Notes under the pieces: generated by a model
Told to the model about the DNA's origin: nothing
The model's input: the letters and a program-made list of their open reading frames with translations, nothing else
Databases searched by the model: none
Shown: piece by piece, positions 23,774 to 33,145 of the stretch
How positions within the stretch are numbered: the stretch's first letter is position 1
How the letters are laid out: each line of letters starts with the position of its first letter
Translations under genes and position numbers: made by a program
IMG/VR virus record: IMGVR_UViG_3300010362_000008
Coordinates: 1-42,893 of that record
Source: a virus
Taxonomy: Duplodnaviria; Caudoviricetes
Length of the DNA stretch: 42,893 bases
Strand: one strand, 5' to 3'

Positions 23774-25010
23774 CGGAGAGATTGACCGCTTCGGCTGCAT
23801 GATTCCCCCGCAGCACGGCAAGACCCGGAGCATCTCCGTTCCCTATCCCGTCTGGCGCATGATTCGTACCCCGGGTCTGCGCACGGGCGTCTGCTCGCAC
23901 TCCCAGCGCTACGCTAACAAGATTAGCCGGTGGGCCCGCAAGCTCGCGGTGAAAGCCGGCGCGGCCTTCGGCGAGGTCAACCGCGCGGACGAGTGGGAGA
24001 TGCAAAACGGCTCCACGTTCATTGCCCGCGGCCGGGGTGCATCCATCGCGGGCGAACCCCTCGACCTGCTTGTCGTGGACGACGTGTTCGGGTCGCGCCA
24101 GGATGCGGATTCCCCCGTGGTGCAGGAGGAAGCCTACGAGTGGTACATGGACGACGTCACGCCGCGCTTGCAGAAGGACGCGGCGATTGTGCTCGTCAAC
24201 ACGCGCTGGGGGCCGGGCGACCTCTACGGGCGCATTGCCCAGAGCGAGGAGGCCGAGGAATGGGACATCCTGCGCCTGCCGGCCATCGCCGAGGAGAACG
24301 ACCCCATTGGCCGGGCGCCCGGCACGGCGCTCTGCGAGGACCGCTTCCCCCTGGAGAAGTTGCGCCAGAAGCAGCGCGTGGAGGGCGTGGGCTTCGAGAG
24401 TCTCTACCAGGGCAACCCCATTCCCCGCGGCGGCACGTTCTTCGAGCGGGCATGGTTTAGCCAACCGGTGGACGTACTGCCCGCCGGGGCGCGGCTCGTG
24501 CGCTACTGGGATCTCGCGGCCTCGCGGAAGGATAGCGCCTGTTACACGTCGGGCGTCCTCATGGCCCGCGTGGGTCAGGGTGAGGAGGCGCGGTATTACG
24601 TGGTCGATGTCGTGCGGGGCCGGTGGATGCCCGCGGAGCGTAACGACGTCATGCTTCAAACCGCTATGGGCGACCGCTCCCGGCCGGGCTTTGAGCGGAC
24701 GTGGTTCGAGGAGCCGGTGTTCGACCGCGACCGTGCGGCCATGCGGGCCATCATGGCGAAGCTCGCCGGGCACGCGGTCATGCCCGACCCGGTCTCGGGT
24801 GCCGGCGGCAAGGAGCTGCGGGCCGAGCCCCTGGCGGGGGCATCGAAGGCGGGCATCGTGCGTCTCGTGGCGGGTCCGTGGAACGCGGCGTATCTGACCG
24901 AACTGGAGGGCTTCCCGCGGGGTCAGTGGAAGGACCAGGTGGACAGCAGTTCGGGGGCGTTCAACAAACTCGCGCGGCCCGCGGCGCTTGTGGTAGACTT
25001 GACCGCATAG
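23559..25010 (+). CDS. terL: Terminase large subunit (start uncertain)
   Basis: Walker A-like PPQHGKT, Walker B LLVVDD, NTRW, nuclease RYWDLA and KDQVDS. Confidence 0.95.
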   Translation: MSLCSPTTNSDDELRLLKEELRRRELAELKAELARREAKDDYSKWLPIHLPEFRWDWLHLRAILSKLQKVTDGEIDRFGCMIPPQHGKTRSISVPYPVWRMIRTPGLRTGVCSHSQRYANKISRWARKLAVKAGAAFGEVNRADEWEMQNGSTFIARGRGASIAGEPLDLLVVDDVFGSRQDADSPVVQEEAYEWYMDDVTPRLQKDAAIVLVNTRWGPGDLYGRIAQSEEAEEWDILRLPAIAEENDPIGRAPGTALCEDRFPLEKLRQKQRVEGVGFESLYQGNPIPRGGTFFERAWFSQPVDVLPAGARLVRYWDLAASRKDSACYTSGVLMARVGQGEEARYYVVDVVRGRWMPAERNDVMLQTAMGDRSRPGFERTWFEEPVFDRDRAAMRAIMAKLAGHAVMPDPVSGAGGKELRAEPLAGASKAGIVRLVAGPWNAAYLTELEGFPRGQWKDQVDSSSGAFNKLARPAALVVDLTA

Positions 25011-25021
25011 GGGGATGAGCG

Positions 25022-25330
25022 ATGACTGACGTGATGCCGGATGACGCGGAACGACGGGCGAAAGCGGTTCGCTGTGCATTGGCAGAGCAATCCTTGTTTA
25101 TGGTGGCGCGCGTCGATATGTCGCCGGATGATGCGATTGCGGCATTTGATGCTTCTGTTGCCGCCGCCATCCGTGCGGCGGTCGTGGCCGAGCGGGCACG
25201 CATCATCACCATCATTGACGATTGCGAACCCGCCGACGTGTACTACACCGACGAGGACGGCGAGGAGTACCCGGAACCGGTCGGGTGGGATACGATTCGC
25301 ACGACGCTCAAGCAGCGCATCGAGGGGTAG
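25022..25330 (+). CDS. Hypothetical protein
   Basis: GGGGA RBS; lies between terL and portal. Confidence 0.6.
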   Translation: MTDVMPDDAERRAKAVRCALAEQSLFMVARVDMSPDDAIAAFDASVAAAIRAAVVAERARIITIIDDCEPADVYYTDEDGEEYPEPVGWDTIRTTLKQRIEG

Positions 25331-25332
25331 CC

Positions 25333-26250
25333 GTGCCCAAATCCGGCGATATCGTTCGCGCACTCTTTGTCGGCGGCCCCTGGGACGGGCGGCGCGAGGA
25401 CGTGCGCCACTCGGAGCGCATCATTGTGCCGGTGCTGGACGGGCCAGCGGTATCGCACGCTCCTCTGGCGGCCTTGCTGTTCAAGCAGGTCGTTTACCGA
25501 CCCATGCTCTTCGGGGGTCGGGCGCAGCAGTTTTGCATCTACGCCGAGGAGTCGCTCTCCGCGGACGACGTGATGGGGATGCTCGTCGTGCACAATTATC
25601 AAAGTGATTGGGAGTATGTCGCCTTGCTCGCAGGCGTTCTGGCCGAACCCGCGGAGGACGCGCCGCGGTTGGTGCTGGCGGACTTCCTTCAGGAGCAGGG
25701 CGAGGAGGCGCGGGCCGAGTTTATTCGGGTGCAGTGCGAACTGGCGAACCCGCAAGAAATACTCATTCCGTTCGATGAGACGGGAATGTACCTCGACCTC
25801 TCACGGACAACGGGCACAACTCAGGAGCGGGCTTGTTGGCTTCGCGCCCGTGAGCGGGAGTTGATTGACCAGTGCGGTTACGGTTGGTGCGACGGACTGC
25901 TCGGTGCGGATTGGAAAACTCAGGGGCACGCAAAGGGGCCGAACCCGCGTGCCGTGGTGACGTTTCGTCATCGAGACAACTTGGAATGCACGTCGAGCTT
26001 TACCTTCGACTTTGTCCGTGGCTTCGTGGCCGAACTCACCTGCACGGCCGCGGACTTTCTCGCGCACGGCGACGCCATCACGGCCACGCACCCCATTGAG
26101 CGGGTGGCGATTACGCGCTTGACCTTCGGCACGTATGACGACCTTCGCATCCCAGGCGGGCGGTGGGATGTTCGGGACCGCGCGGACACGGAGGCGTATC
26201 TGAAGGGGATGTGGCCCGGCATCACCTTCACCGTGCGGCCCGCCGAATAG
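25333..26250 (+). CDS. TIGR02996-like domain protein F (internal domain, preceded by an FVGGPWDG domain)
   Basis: ALLAGVLAEPAEDAPRLVLADFLQEQGEEARAEFIRVQCEL and FVRGFV. Confidence 0.85.
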   Translation: MPKSGDIVRALFVGGPWDGRREDVRHSERIIVPVLDGPAVSHAPLAALLFKQVVYRPMLFGGRAQQFCIYAEESLSADDVMGMLVVHNYQSDWEYVALLAGVLAEPAEDAPRLVLADFLQEQGEEARAEFIRVQCELANPQEILIPFDETGMYLDLSRTTGTTQERACWLRARERELIDQCGYGWCDGLLGADWKTQGHAKGPNPRAVVTFRHRDNLECTSSFTFDFVRGFVAELTCTAADFLAHGDAITATHPIERVAITRLTFGTYDDLRIPGGRWDVRDRADTEAYLKGMWPGITFTVRPAE

Positions 26251-26252
26251 GG

Positions 26253-26284
26253 CAGGTTCCTGCTCCGCTGCCCATCCTCACGGC
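26253..26284 (+). promoter_or_regulatory. Late promoter motif for portal: CAGGTTCC-N12-CATCCT-N6-ATG
   Basis: Exactly 32 nt before ATG 26285. Confidence 0.75.
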
Positions 26285-27820
26285 ATGACGCCGTTCGCGT
26301 ACTCCTACTCGCTGCCGCCGTCGCACGACCTCCTGGCACCCGATGCCCGCGCGACGCCGAACCCGGCCCAGCGCGCACAAGCGGCCGTCTACGAGCGCTA
26401 TCTCCAGAGCGACCCGCCGGGCTGGTGGGCCGCCAACCGCGTCGAGCAAACGAATCACTACGCGGGCGTCGTGGCGATTGCCGCGAAAGCCTACATGGAC
26501 GCCATCGGCGCGGCCAAGTTCACCGTTCTTGAGCGCAAGACACCGGGGCTTCTGAGTAAGAGCACGTCAGGTTCCGGCAACTACTCGCGCGACGACGAGT
26601 ACGAGCCGGTGGAACCCGGCCACCCCCTGGCGCAGATTGTGGAGCACCCCGGCGGTGAGGACGGGGTGTGGTCGATTCAGCAGGAGTGCGCGTATCTGAC
26701 GCTCCAGCACATCCTCACCGGTGACGCGCCGGCCTGGACTCCCGTCAACTCCGGGGGCAAGCCGGTGCGGTTCTACGCGCTGACGAGCGCCTTGGTAGAC
26801 CCGGTGCGAGCGATGGGGATCGACCCGGCCTACCCCAAGGGGGCTTACTTGGTCAGGCCCTACTCGACGGGCGCGTTCTACATGGGCGGGGCGCTTGCCA
26901 CGGGTGCCATCCTGCCCGGTGAGGAGGTCGCGCGGTTCCGGGAATACCACCCGTGGGCGCGCAATCTGGGCATGTCGCGGCTCCAGAGCGGGGCCAAGGA
27001 AATCGACGTCCTCGAGGCGATTACCGCGAGCCGGTGGGCGTACTTCGACGGGGGCTTGCAACTGGACTTCGTGGCGATGATTCCGGGCGCGACGCAGGAG
27101 ACCATCGACTCGTTCAAGGAGCAGATTAACCAGAAGGCCGCGGGCATGCACAAGTCCCGGCGGTTCATTGCTGTCGGTGGACCGGCGATTCCCGACACGC
27201 AGTGGAAGCTCCAGCAGTTCGGCCAGACCGCGCGCGACCTCGACTTTAACGAGGGCTACGAGCAGAGTGCCGGAATCGCGCTGGCGTTCTTCCGCGTGCC
27301 GCGCGGGGTCGCGGGCTTCACGAGTCAGTCGAGCTATTCGCAGCACTATGCCGAGCTCCAGCAGTTCTGGGATTTGGGCATCAACCCCTACTGCCGGGCG
27401 CTTTCGGTGTTCCTGACAAGCGCGCTCGCGCGGCCGTGGAACCAGGTGCCGGGTCAGTACCGAATCGAGGTGGAGGCGCGCAAGCCCGCGGACGTGGAGA
27501 TGGAGGCCAAGGAGCTGGAGTTCGCCTACCAAAACGACATCATCACCAAAAACGAGTACCGCAAGGCGACCGGACGCAAGCCCGAAGCGGATGGCGATGT
27601 GACGTTCTCGGCATCGAAGGCCAAGACGGCCGCGCAGTTCGCACCGCCGCCCGCTCCCGGCACGCCTCCGGGCCAGATGCCCACGGCCGGCGCGGTCCCC
27701 AAACCCGCCAATCTCGACGCTGCCGCCGGGAGCCTGCCGCCGCGAGCGGAGAAGGCGCTCGAAGAGGAGAAGCGGCCCGCGGAACTCGAAGACGCCGCGT
27801 GTGCGTGCGGACGGCAGTGA
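26285..27820 (+). CDS. Portal protein (HK97-like)
   Basis: Position and size; HPLAQIVEHP, LTGDA, GMSRLQ, IALAFFRVP, IITKNEYR. Confidence 0.85.
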   Translation: MTPFAYSYSLPPSHDLLAPDARATPNPAQRAQAAVYERYLQSDPPGWWAANRVEQTNHYAGVVAIAAKAYMDAIGAAKFTVLERKTPGLLSKSTSGSGNYSRDDEYEPVEPGHPLAQIVEHPGGEDGVWSIQQECAYLTLQHILTGDAPAWTPVNSGGKPVRFYALTSALVDPVRAMGIDPAYPKGAYLVRPYSTGAFYMGGALATGAILPGEEVARFREYHPWARNLGMSRLQSGAKEIDVLEAITASRWAYFDGGLQLDFVAMIPGATQETIDSFKEQINQKAAGMHKSRRFIAVGGPAIPDTQWKLQQFGQTARDLDFNEGYEQSAGIALAFFRVPRGVAGFTSQSSYSQHYAELQQFWDLGINPYCRALSVFLTSALARPWNQVPGQYRIEVEARKPADVEMEAKELEFAYQNDIITKNEYRKATGRKPEADGDVTFSASKAKTAAQFAPPPAPGTPPGQMPTAGAVPKPANLDAAAGSLPPRAEKALEEEKRPAELEDAACACGRQ

Positions 27821-27863
27821 GTAAGATTTACTGCGCCTAAAAATCCTGAACTGGGAGGGGTCG

Positions 27864-28226
27864 ATGGGCTACCGTATCGTGCGCATGTCGCGGGAACTAT
27901 TCGAGCAGATGTTCGTGGAGGGATACACACTGCCCACACGGGAGAATGAGAGACTCCGGGTGACGAAGGGATTACCGGAAGGCGTGAAACTCGTTGATTT
28001 CATGGCTGACCTTTTCGACGGCGAAGTGTTACTCAGATTCTCACATCCATCATGGGAGGACGCGCCGCGGGGTGAGCGCATCCCTGAGGTACAGATCGAG
28101 TTTGCGATGGAGAGGACGACCGAATTCCACCAGTGGCAGTTCGATCAGTTGACCGACGCGGAGAAAGCGGAACCGCGGGCGCGCCTCGATGCGGAGCAAC
28201 CCGTGATCGTGAACCTATCTGAGTGA
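27864..28226 (+). CDS. Moron-like hypothetical protein
   Basis: GGGAGG RBS, AT-richer sequence, inserted between portal and protease. Confidence 0.65.
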   Translation: MGYRIVRMSRELFEQMFVEGYTLPTRENERLRVTKGLPEGVKLVDFMADLFDGEVLLRFSHPSWEDAPRGERIPEVQIEFAMERTTEFHQWQFDQLTDAEKAEPRARLDAEQPVIVNLSE

Positions 28227-28228
28227 AG

Positions 28229-28260
28229 CAGGTTCCCACGCCCCCGAGCATATTCGGGGC
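28229..28260 (+). promoter_or_regulatory. Late promoter motif for the protease: CAGGTTCC-N12-CATATT-N6-ATG
   Basis: Exactly 32 nt before ATG 28261. Confidence 0.75.
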
Positions 28261-29529
28261 ATGTCTGCATCCCGATTCCTCGCGCAGTACGCTCTGACTC
28301 CCGCCTCCGTGCGGAAGGCCGTCGGTGCCGACACGGCCAAACTCACCTTCGACTCCATCCTGACATACCCCGTGCACGACATGGCGGGCGATTACGTCGA
28401 GCCCGCGGGCTGTGACTTCACCCCGCACATGGCCGACGCGGTCATCGACCTGGAGCACCGCCGGCATCCCCTGGTCAAGGGCGCGCCGGTCGCGTGGGCG
28501 CGGGCGTCCTTCGAGAAGCCCGACGCCCCGTACTCCGTGCGGATGGTGGAGTTCGACTTCGGCGAACCGGGCCGCGTGGCCGTTCCCGTGGGCACGGAGT
28601 TCTACAAGGCGTCCGACCGGCTCTCCATGCAGATCTTCGCCATGCGCGAGCAGGACGCGCTGCCGGCCTCCAGCCTCGAATTCGAGATGGTGCCGGGGCA
28701 CTTCCAGGAGATCGGTTACAGCGACCTCGAAAAGCGTGCGGCCTACCGGTTCTCGAAGTGCCTCGTCCACCGCTGGACCGTCTGCGAGCGCGGGGTCAAC
28801 CCCGGCGCGCTGACCCTCACCAAATCCCGCACGCAGGTTCCCGAGGCGCTTGCCAAGATTTTGACAGACAAGCGCATTCACATGGGCGACCGGTCCGAGC
28901 CCCTTCACGAGGACATCCTCAAGGCGCTCGCGCCGGAGATCGAAGCCCTGGAGGCGATCGACACGACGCGCCGGGCGTACTTCGATGGCCGGGACACTCT
29001 CAAGGGATCGCTTGTCGTGCGTGTGGAGAAGGGCGTGGAGACCAGTGACCTGACCACGCAGAACGAAGAGGCGACGCAAGCCGGCACCGAGGGCACCGCG
29101 ACCCCGACGGCGCAGGCGGCCTACGACCTCGCGCAAGGGGCACACGACCTCTGCGAGCAAATCAAGGCCCGGATGGCGCAGGGCGAGCACAAGAGCGGCC
29201 GGAAGAAACTGCAAGCGCTCTGCGAGAAGCTCGACACGGTCAGCGAGATGGCCCTCTCCGTGGGTAAGTCGGTGGACGCGGACCTGGCCGACGGGGAGGA
29301 ACCCGCGGCCGAGGCGAGCGACATGGAGGCCGGTGAGGACGGGATGCTCAAGGGTATTCCCACCGTCTACCGCAAGGCCGTCAAGCGGTTCAAGCTCGCC
29401 GACCTGCCGGCCCCGGCGCCCGAACGTGAGCAGAAAGCCGAGCCGCCCGCACCGCCGCCGGAACCGGCCGTGCCCGCGGCCCTCGAAGCCAAGCTCGCGC
29501 GGCTGGAACGAATACTGGACTTCATCTGA
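28261..29529 (+). CDS. Prohead protease with a C-terminal scaffold-like region
   Basis: D.AGDYVEPAG, DLEH, SLEF and GVNPGA resemble HK97-type proteases; acidic helical C-terminus; precedes capsid gene. Confidence 0.7.
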   Translation: MSASRFLAQYALTPASVRKAVGADTAKLTFDSILTYPVHDMAGDYVEPAGCDFTPHMADAVIDLEHRRHPLVKGAPVAWARASFEKPDAPYSVRMVEFDFGEPGRVAVPVGTEFYKASDRLSMQIFAMREQDALPASSLEFEMVPGHFQEIGYSDLEKRAAYRFSKCLVHRWTVCERGVNPGALTLTKSRTQVPEALAKILTDKRIHMGDRSEPLHEDILKALAPEIEALEAIDTTRRAYFDGRDTLKGSLVVRVEKGVETSDLTTQNEEATQAGTEGTATPTAQAAYDLAQGAHDLCEQIKARMAQGEHKSGRKKLQALCEKLDTVSEMALSVGKSVDADLADGEEPAAEASDMEAGEDGMLKGIPTVYRKAVKRFKLADLPAPAPEREQKAEPPAPPPEPAVPAALEAKLARLERILDFI

Positions 29530-29547
29530 CCCCCATGTGTCGCCCTA

Positions 29548-29565
29548 GCCTGCCTGCAGGCAGGC
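29548..29565. promoter_or_regulatory. 18-bp palindrome, copy 3
   Basis: 22 nt upstream of the capsid ATG. Confidence 0.8.
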
Positions 29566-29587
29566 GGCACTCCGATGAGAGGCACCG

Positions 29588-31009
29588 ATGGCTACCGTCG
29601 CCGAACTCGAAGCGAAACTCGATGCCCTGACCAAGGCGGTCGAGAAGAAGGTGCTCACCCCCGACGGGGCCAAACCCGAGACGACCAAGCTCGAAAAGGC
29701 CCTTGACCCCAACAACCCCGGCGCACCCGCCGTCACGACGGGGCCGGTCTACAAGGACTCGCAAGGGTTCTCGCTGGCCAAGGCGCTCGCGGCGCGCATG
29801 GGCTTTATCAACGAGGACCAGGCCAAGGACGACCTCTACGCGCTCGCACAGTTCTCGAAGTCCCTCCACGAGACGGGCACCGCGTATTCGGGCCTCGCGT
29901 CCGATTCGTGGACGATCAAGATTCCCCTGGACTCCCGGCTCCTGCCGCCGGCCGTCAACGAGCACAAGGGCTTCAAGGTCTTTAAAGCGATGGAGGCGGC
30001 CGGACAGGCGCGGGTGGACCCGGATGAGACGCGGTACATCCTTCGCAAGGCCGACCTGTCCTACCTGCTCGACACCCTCGGCGGTACGACCGTGGCTCCG
30101 CCCGTCATGGGTGAGTTCATCGACCTGATCCGGCCCCGCGAGGCGTTCATGGCCGCCGGCGCGCGAACGGTGCCGCTGCCGCCCAACGGCCGGATCGCCT
30201 ACCCGCGGCAGACGGGCGCGTCGAGCGCCTACTGGGTCGGTGAGAACACGAGCATCACCCAGAGTAACCCGACCTTCGGCCAAGTCATCCTTCAGGCCAA
30301 GAAACTCGGCGATTACGTCCAGATGCCCAACGAGCTCCTGAAGTACGCGGGCGTCGCGGTGGACGGCATCATCAAGACCGACATGGCCAAAACGCTGGCC
30401 CTGGCCCTCGATTACGCCTGCTTCTATGGCACGGGGAGCGCGACGCAGCCCAAGGGGCTGACGCTCTACACGGGCACCAACGAAGTGATCGACTACGCGG
30501 GCGTGACGCCCGCGCCCAAGGGCATCGGCACCAACGGCAACACCCTGCGGCCCGAGGACGCCTACCGGATGGTCGGCCTCGTGGAAGACCGGAACTTCGA
30601 GTTCCAGGGGTGGATCGCCCGGCCGACCTTGGCCAACAACATCATGGGCTTCCGGGGTGATGCCGCGGCCCCGGCCGATGCCGCCGGGCAGTTCGTCCAG
30701 GGCATGATGCGGGCCATGAGTGACCGCCTGCCCGGGGACAACTGGTGCGGCTACAAGATGACCAAGTCCGCAGTGGTGAAGAACACCAACACCAAGGGCA
30801 GCGCCACGACGCTCACGGACTTCTTCGGCGGGCAGTGGGAGAACTGGCTCATCGGCATGTACGGCGCGGTGGAGCTGGCCACCTCCAACCAGGCGGGCAC
30901 GCTCTTCCAGCAGGACCAGACCGCCATCCGGGCGCTATTGCACTGCGACGCCGTGCCCCGCTACGAGGGGGCCTTCATCTGGTACAAGCAAGTTCTGCAA
31001 ACCAACTGA
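29588..31009 (+). CDS. Major capsid protein (HK97 fold)
   Basis: GGTTVAP...FIDLIRP, PRQTG...AYWVGEN, KKL, ELL, LDYACFYGTG...PKGL, LFQQDQTAIR. Confidence 0.95.
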   Translation: MATVAELEAKLDALTKAVEKKVLTPDGAKPETTKLEKALDPNNPGAPAVTTGPVYKDSQGFSLAKALAARMGFINEDQAKDDLYALAQFSKSLHETGTAYSGLASDSWTIKIPLDSRLLPPAVNEHKGFKVFKAMEAAGQARVDPDETRYILRKADLSYLLDTLGGTTVAPPVMGEFIDLIRPREAFMAAGARTVPLPPNGRIAYPRQTGASSAYWVGENTSITQSNPTFGQVILQAKKLGDYVQMPNELLKYAGVAVDGIIKTDMAKTLALALDYACFYGTGSATQPKGLTLYTGTNEVIDYAGVTPAPKGIGTNGNTLRPEDAYRMVGLVEDRNFEFQGWIARPTLANNIMGFRGDAAAPADAAGQFVQGMMRAMSDRLPGDNWCGYKMTKSAVVKNTNTKGSATTLTDFFGGQWENWLIGMYGAVELATSNQAGTLFQQDQTAIRALLHCDAVPRYEGAFIWYKQVLQTN

Positions 31010-31050
31010 GTTTCACGCATTCAAGGTGACTTCCTTCGGAGGGTCCGACC

Positions 31051-31500
31051 GTGGCGAACTTCGCGGGCGATTTCTCGACCAGTGGCATGTACGGCCACAC
31101 GGCGACTCTCTTCGCCACCAGTACGGGGGTGTCCACCGACGCCAACGCGGGCGGCGTCTCCGTGGACCTCTCGTCCAACGACTCCAACATCGTCTCGGCC
31201 ACCCTCGTCGTGGGTAACGCCGCGGGCACAAGCCCCACACTCAATGCCAAGATGCAGGAGTCGACCGACGGCTCTTCGAACTGGACCGATGTCACGGGCG
31301 GGGCGTTCACGCAGGTCACGACTTCGAACAAGCTCGAAACGATCGCCTTCAAGCCCACCAAGCGCTACGTGCGCTGCACGGGCACCGTGGGCGGCACCAA
31401 CCCGGTACTGGAGACGACGGTCCTCGTGGGGCCGTACCCCTTGCGGACGGCCCCGGCCAACGACGGCGGGTGGGACACGACCGCGGCGGCGGCCAACTGA
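31051..31500 (+). CDS. Probable head decoration/cement protein
   Basis: Follows the capsid gene; QESTDGSSNWTDV...KRYVR beta-rich pattern. Confidence 0.6.
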   Translation: MANFAGDFSTSGMYGHTATLFATSTGVSTDANAGGVSVDLSSNDSNIVSATLVVGNAAGTSPTLNAKMQESTDGSSNWTDVTGGAFTQVTTSNKLETIAFKPTKRYVRCTGTVGGTNPVLETTVLVGPYPLRTAPANDGGWDTTAAAAN

Positions 31501-31561
31501 TGACGAACGCGGTTCGTGTTTCGCGTGGGGCGAAATGCGGACGGCACAACAGGAGGACGGG

Positions 31562-32149
31562 ATGCACGAGATCCCCGGTTGGTTCGGCTTCGCGAAGTGG
31601 TACGACTTCATCGCCGAGCACGCCCCGCACGGTGCGACCCTCGTGGAGTTGGGCGTCTTCTGCGGCAAGAGTCTGGCGCACCTGGCGCGGGCGACGAGGG
31701 GGAAAGGGTGCCGCGTCTTCGGCGTGGACACCTTTCTCGGCAGTCCGGAGTTCGACAAGACGGTCCGATTTGTCGACGGGCGCGCCTTTGACCAGATGTT
31801 CGCGGGCGAACTGGCGGGCGTGTGCGTGAATCAGTTGCACGGCGCCGGTGTGCTGGACGATGTGACGCTCCTGGTGACGGATAGCGCCAAGGCCGCGCAT
31901 CTGTTTGCCTACGAGTCGGTGTTCAGCGTGTTCGTGGATGCCGGGCACGACGCGGACAGTGTGGAGCGGGATGTGAAAGCGTGGTGGCCGCGCATCATGC
32001 CGGGCGGGTGGATCGCGGGCGACGACTACGACCGGGGGTTCCCCGGTGTGCGGGAGGGGCTGTTGCGGGTGTTCCCCGCGGAGGTACTGCCCCCGGACCC
32101 GCCCGAAAACGTGTCGTATGTGTGGCACGTTCAGAAGCCCGTGGAGTGA
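31562..32149 (+). CDS. Class I SAM-dependent methyltransferase (Methyltransf_24-like)
   Basis: VELGVFCGKS, GVDTF, FVDAGH, PGGWIAGDDY; AGGAGG RBS. Confidence 0.85.
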   Translation: MHEIPGWFGFAKWYDFIAEHAPHGATLVELGVFCGKSLAHLARATRGKGCRVFGVDTFLGSPEFDKTVRFVDGRAFDQMFAGELAGVCVNQLHGAGVLDDVTLLVTDSAKAAHLFAYESVFSVFVDAGHDADSVERDVKAWWPRIMPGGWIAGDDYDRGFPGVREGLLRVFPAEVLPPDPPENVSYVWHVQKPVE

Positions 32150-32285
32150 GAAACCACCGCGGGCGGTTTGCGGCGGTCCTCCTGACGCGGGCCGCTCGCC
32201 CCGACCCGGGCCGGCGGGGGTGGAACCGGCCAACATTCACCGGGCTTGCGTGCGTGGGGCGCGCGGGTCGGGTACAGGGGGACGA

Positions 32286-33131
32286 ATGAGCGAAGAGAAA
32301 GCGCCCTGGGTTGTGGCCGGGGAGCAGGTGGCCCAAGAGGGATGGAAGCCGCACCCGGAGCGGGTCAACATCCTCGTCTGCGTGTTCACCTACGACAAGA
32401 TGCTCCACGCGGACGCCCTGACCTACTGCACGCGGCTCTACGGGCAGATGGTCAACCACCCGCGGATGAACCAGTTGGAGATCGCGTACAGCTACGGCTA
32501 CCCGACGGACCGGTGCCGGAATCATGTGGTCAAGAGTGCCCGGGAGAACGGCTTCCAGTTCCTCCTGGCACTGGATAACGACATGCGGTTCGATCTGGAA
32601 CTGGGCCGCTCCCCCGAGGCCAAACCGTTTCTGCCGACTTCCCTGGAGTTTGCTCTGAAGCAGTCGGCGCCGGTGTTCGTGGGAGCGCCCTACTGCTCGG
32701 CACCCCCGGCGCAGGAAGTGGTGGTGATGAAGCACCGGGAGTATTGCCCCGACCAGCCCGGGGGCTTCGGGAAGAAGCTCGACAAGTACACGCGCGACGA
32801 GGCGGCCGAACGGCGGGGCATCGAACGGGTGGCGGCACTGCCGACGGGGTGCCTGCTCATGGACCTGCGGGCCTTTGATGTGATCGCCCCGCCGTGGTTC
32901 TACTACGAGTACACCGACAGCCCCTACAACACGGCACTGGCTTCGACCGAAGACGTGGTCCTGACGCGCAACGCCGATTGGTGCGGTATCAGCCAGTGGG
33001 TGAACTGGGACGCCTGGGCGGGGCACCACAAGACGTATGAAACCGGTCGGCCGCGGGTCTGCCCGGTGGACAGCGTGCCGCGGGCCGTCTGGGACGCGAT
33101 CAAGGCCGGGGCCAAACCACAGGTTCACTAA
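32286..33131 (+). CDS. GT-A fold (family 2-like) glycosyltransferase
   Basis: DRCRN, DxD motif LDND, GCLLMD, PWF, TED and GH. Confidence 0.8.
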   Translation: MSEEKAPWVVAGEQVAQEGWKPHPERVNILVCVFTYDKMLHADALTYCTRLYGQMVNHPRMNQLEIAYSYGYPTDRCRNHVVKSARENGFQFLLALDNDMRFDLELGRSPEAKPFLPTSLEFALKQSAPVFVGAPYCSAPPAQEVVVMKHREYCPDQPGGFGKKLDKYTRDEAAERRGIERVAALPTGCLLMDLRAFDVIAPPWFYYEYTDSPYNTALASTEDVVLTRNADWCGISQWVNWDAWAGHHKTYETGRPRVCPVDSVPRAVWDAIKAGAKPQVH

Positions 33132-33145
33132 CGGGAGAAGTAGTT

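Noticed and set aside
26568-26595. Extra late promoter inside the portal gene (also caggttca near 33120)
   Set aside because: No xAxxxT hexamer at the 12-nt spacing
32150-32285. Structured ncRNA between methyltransferase and glycosyltransferase
   Set aside because: Only short GC-rich stems expected by chance at this base composition; cannot be supported without covariation
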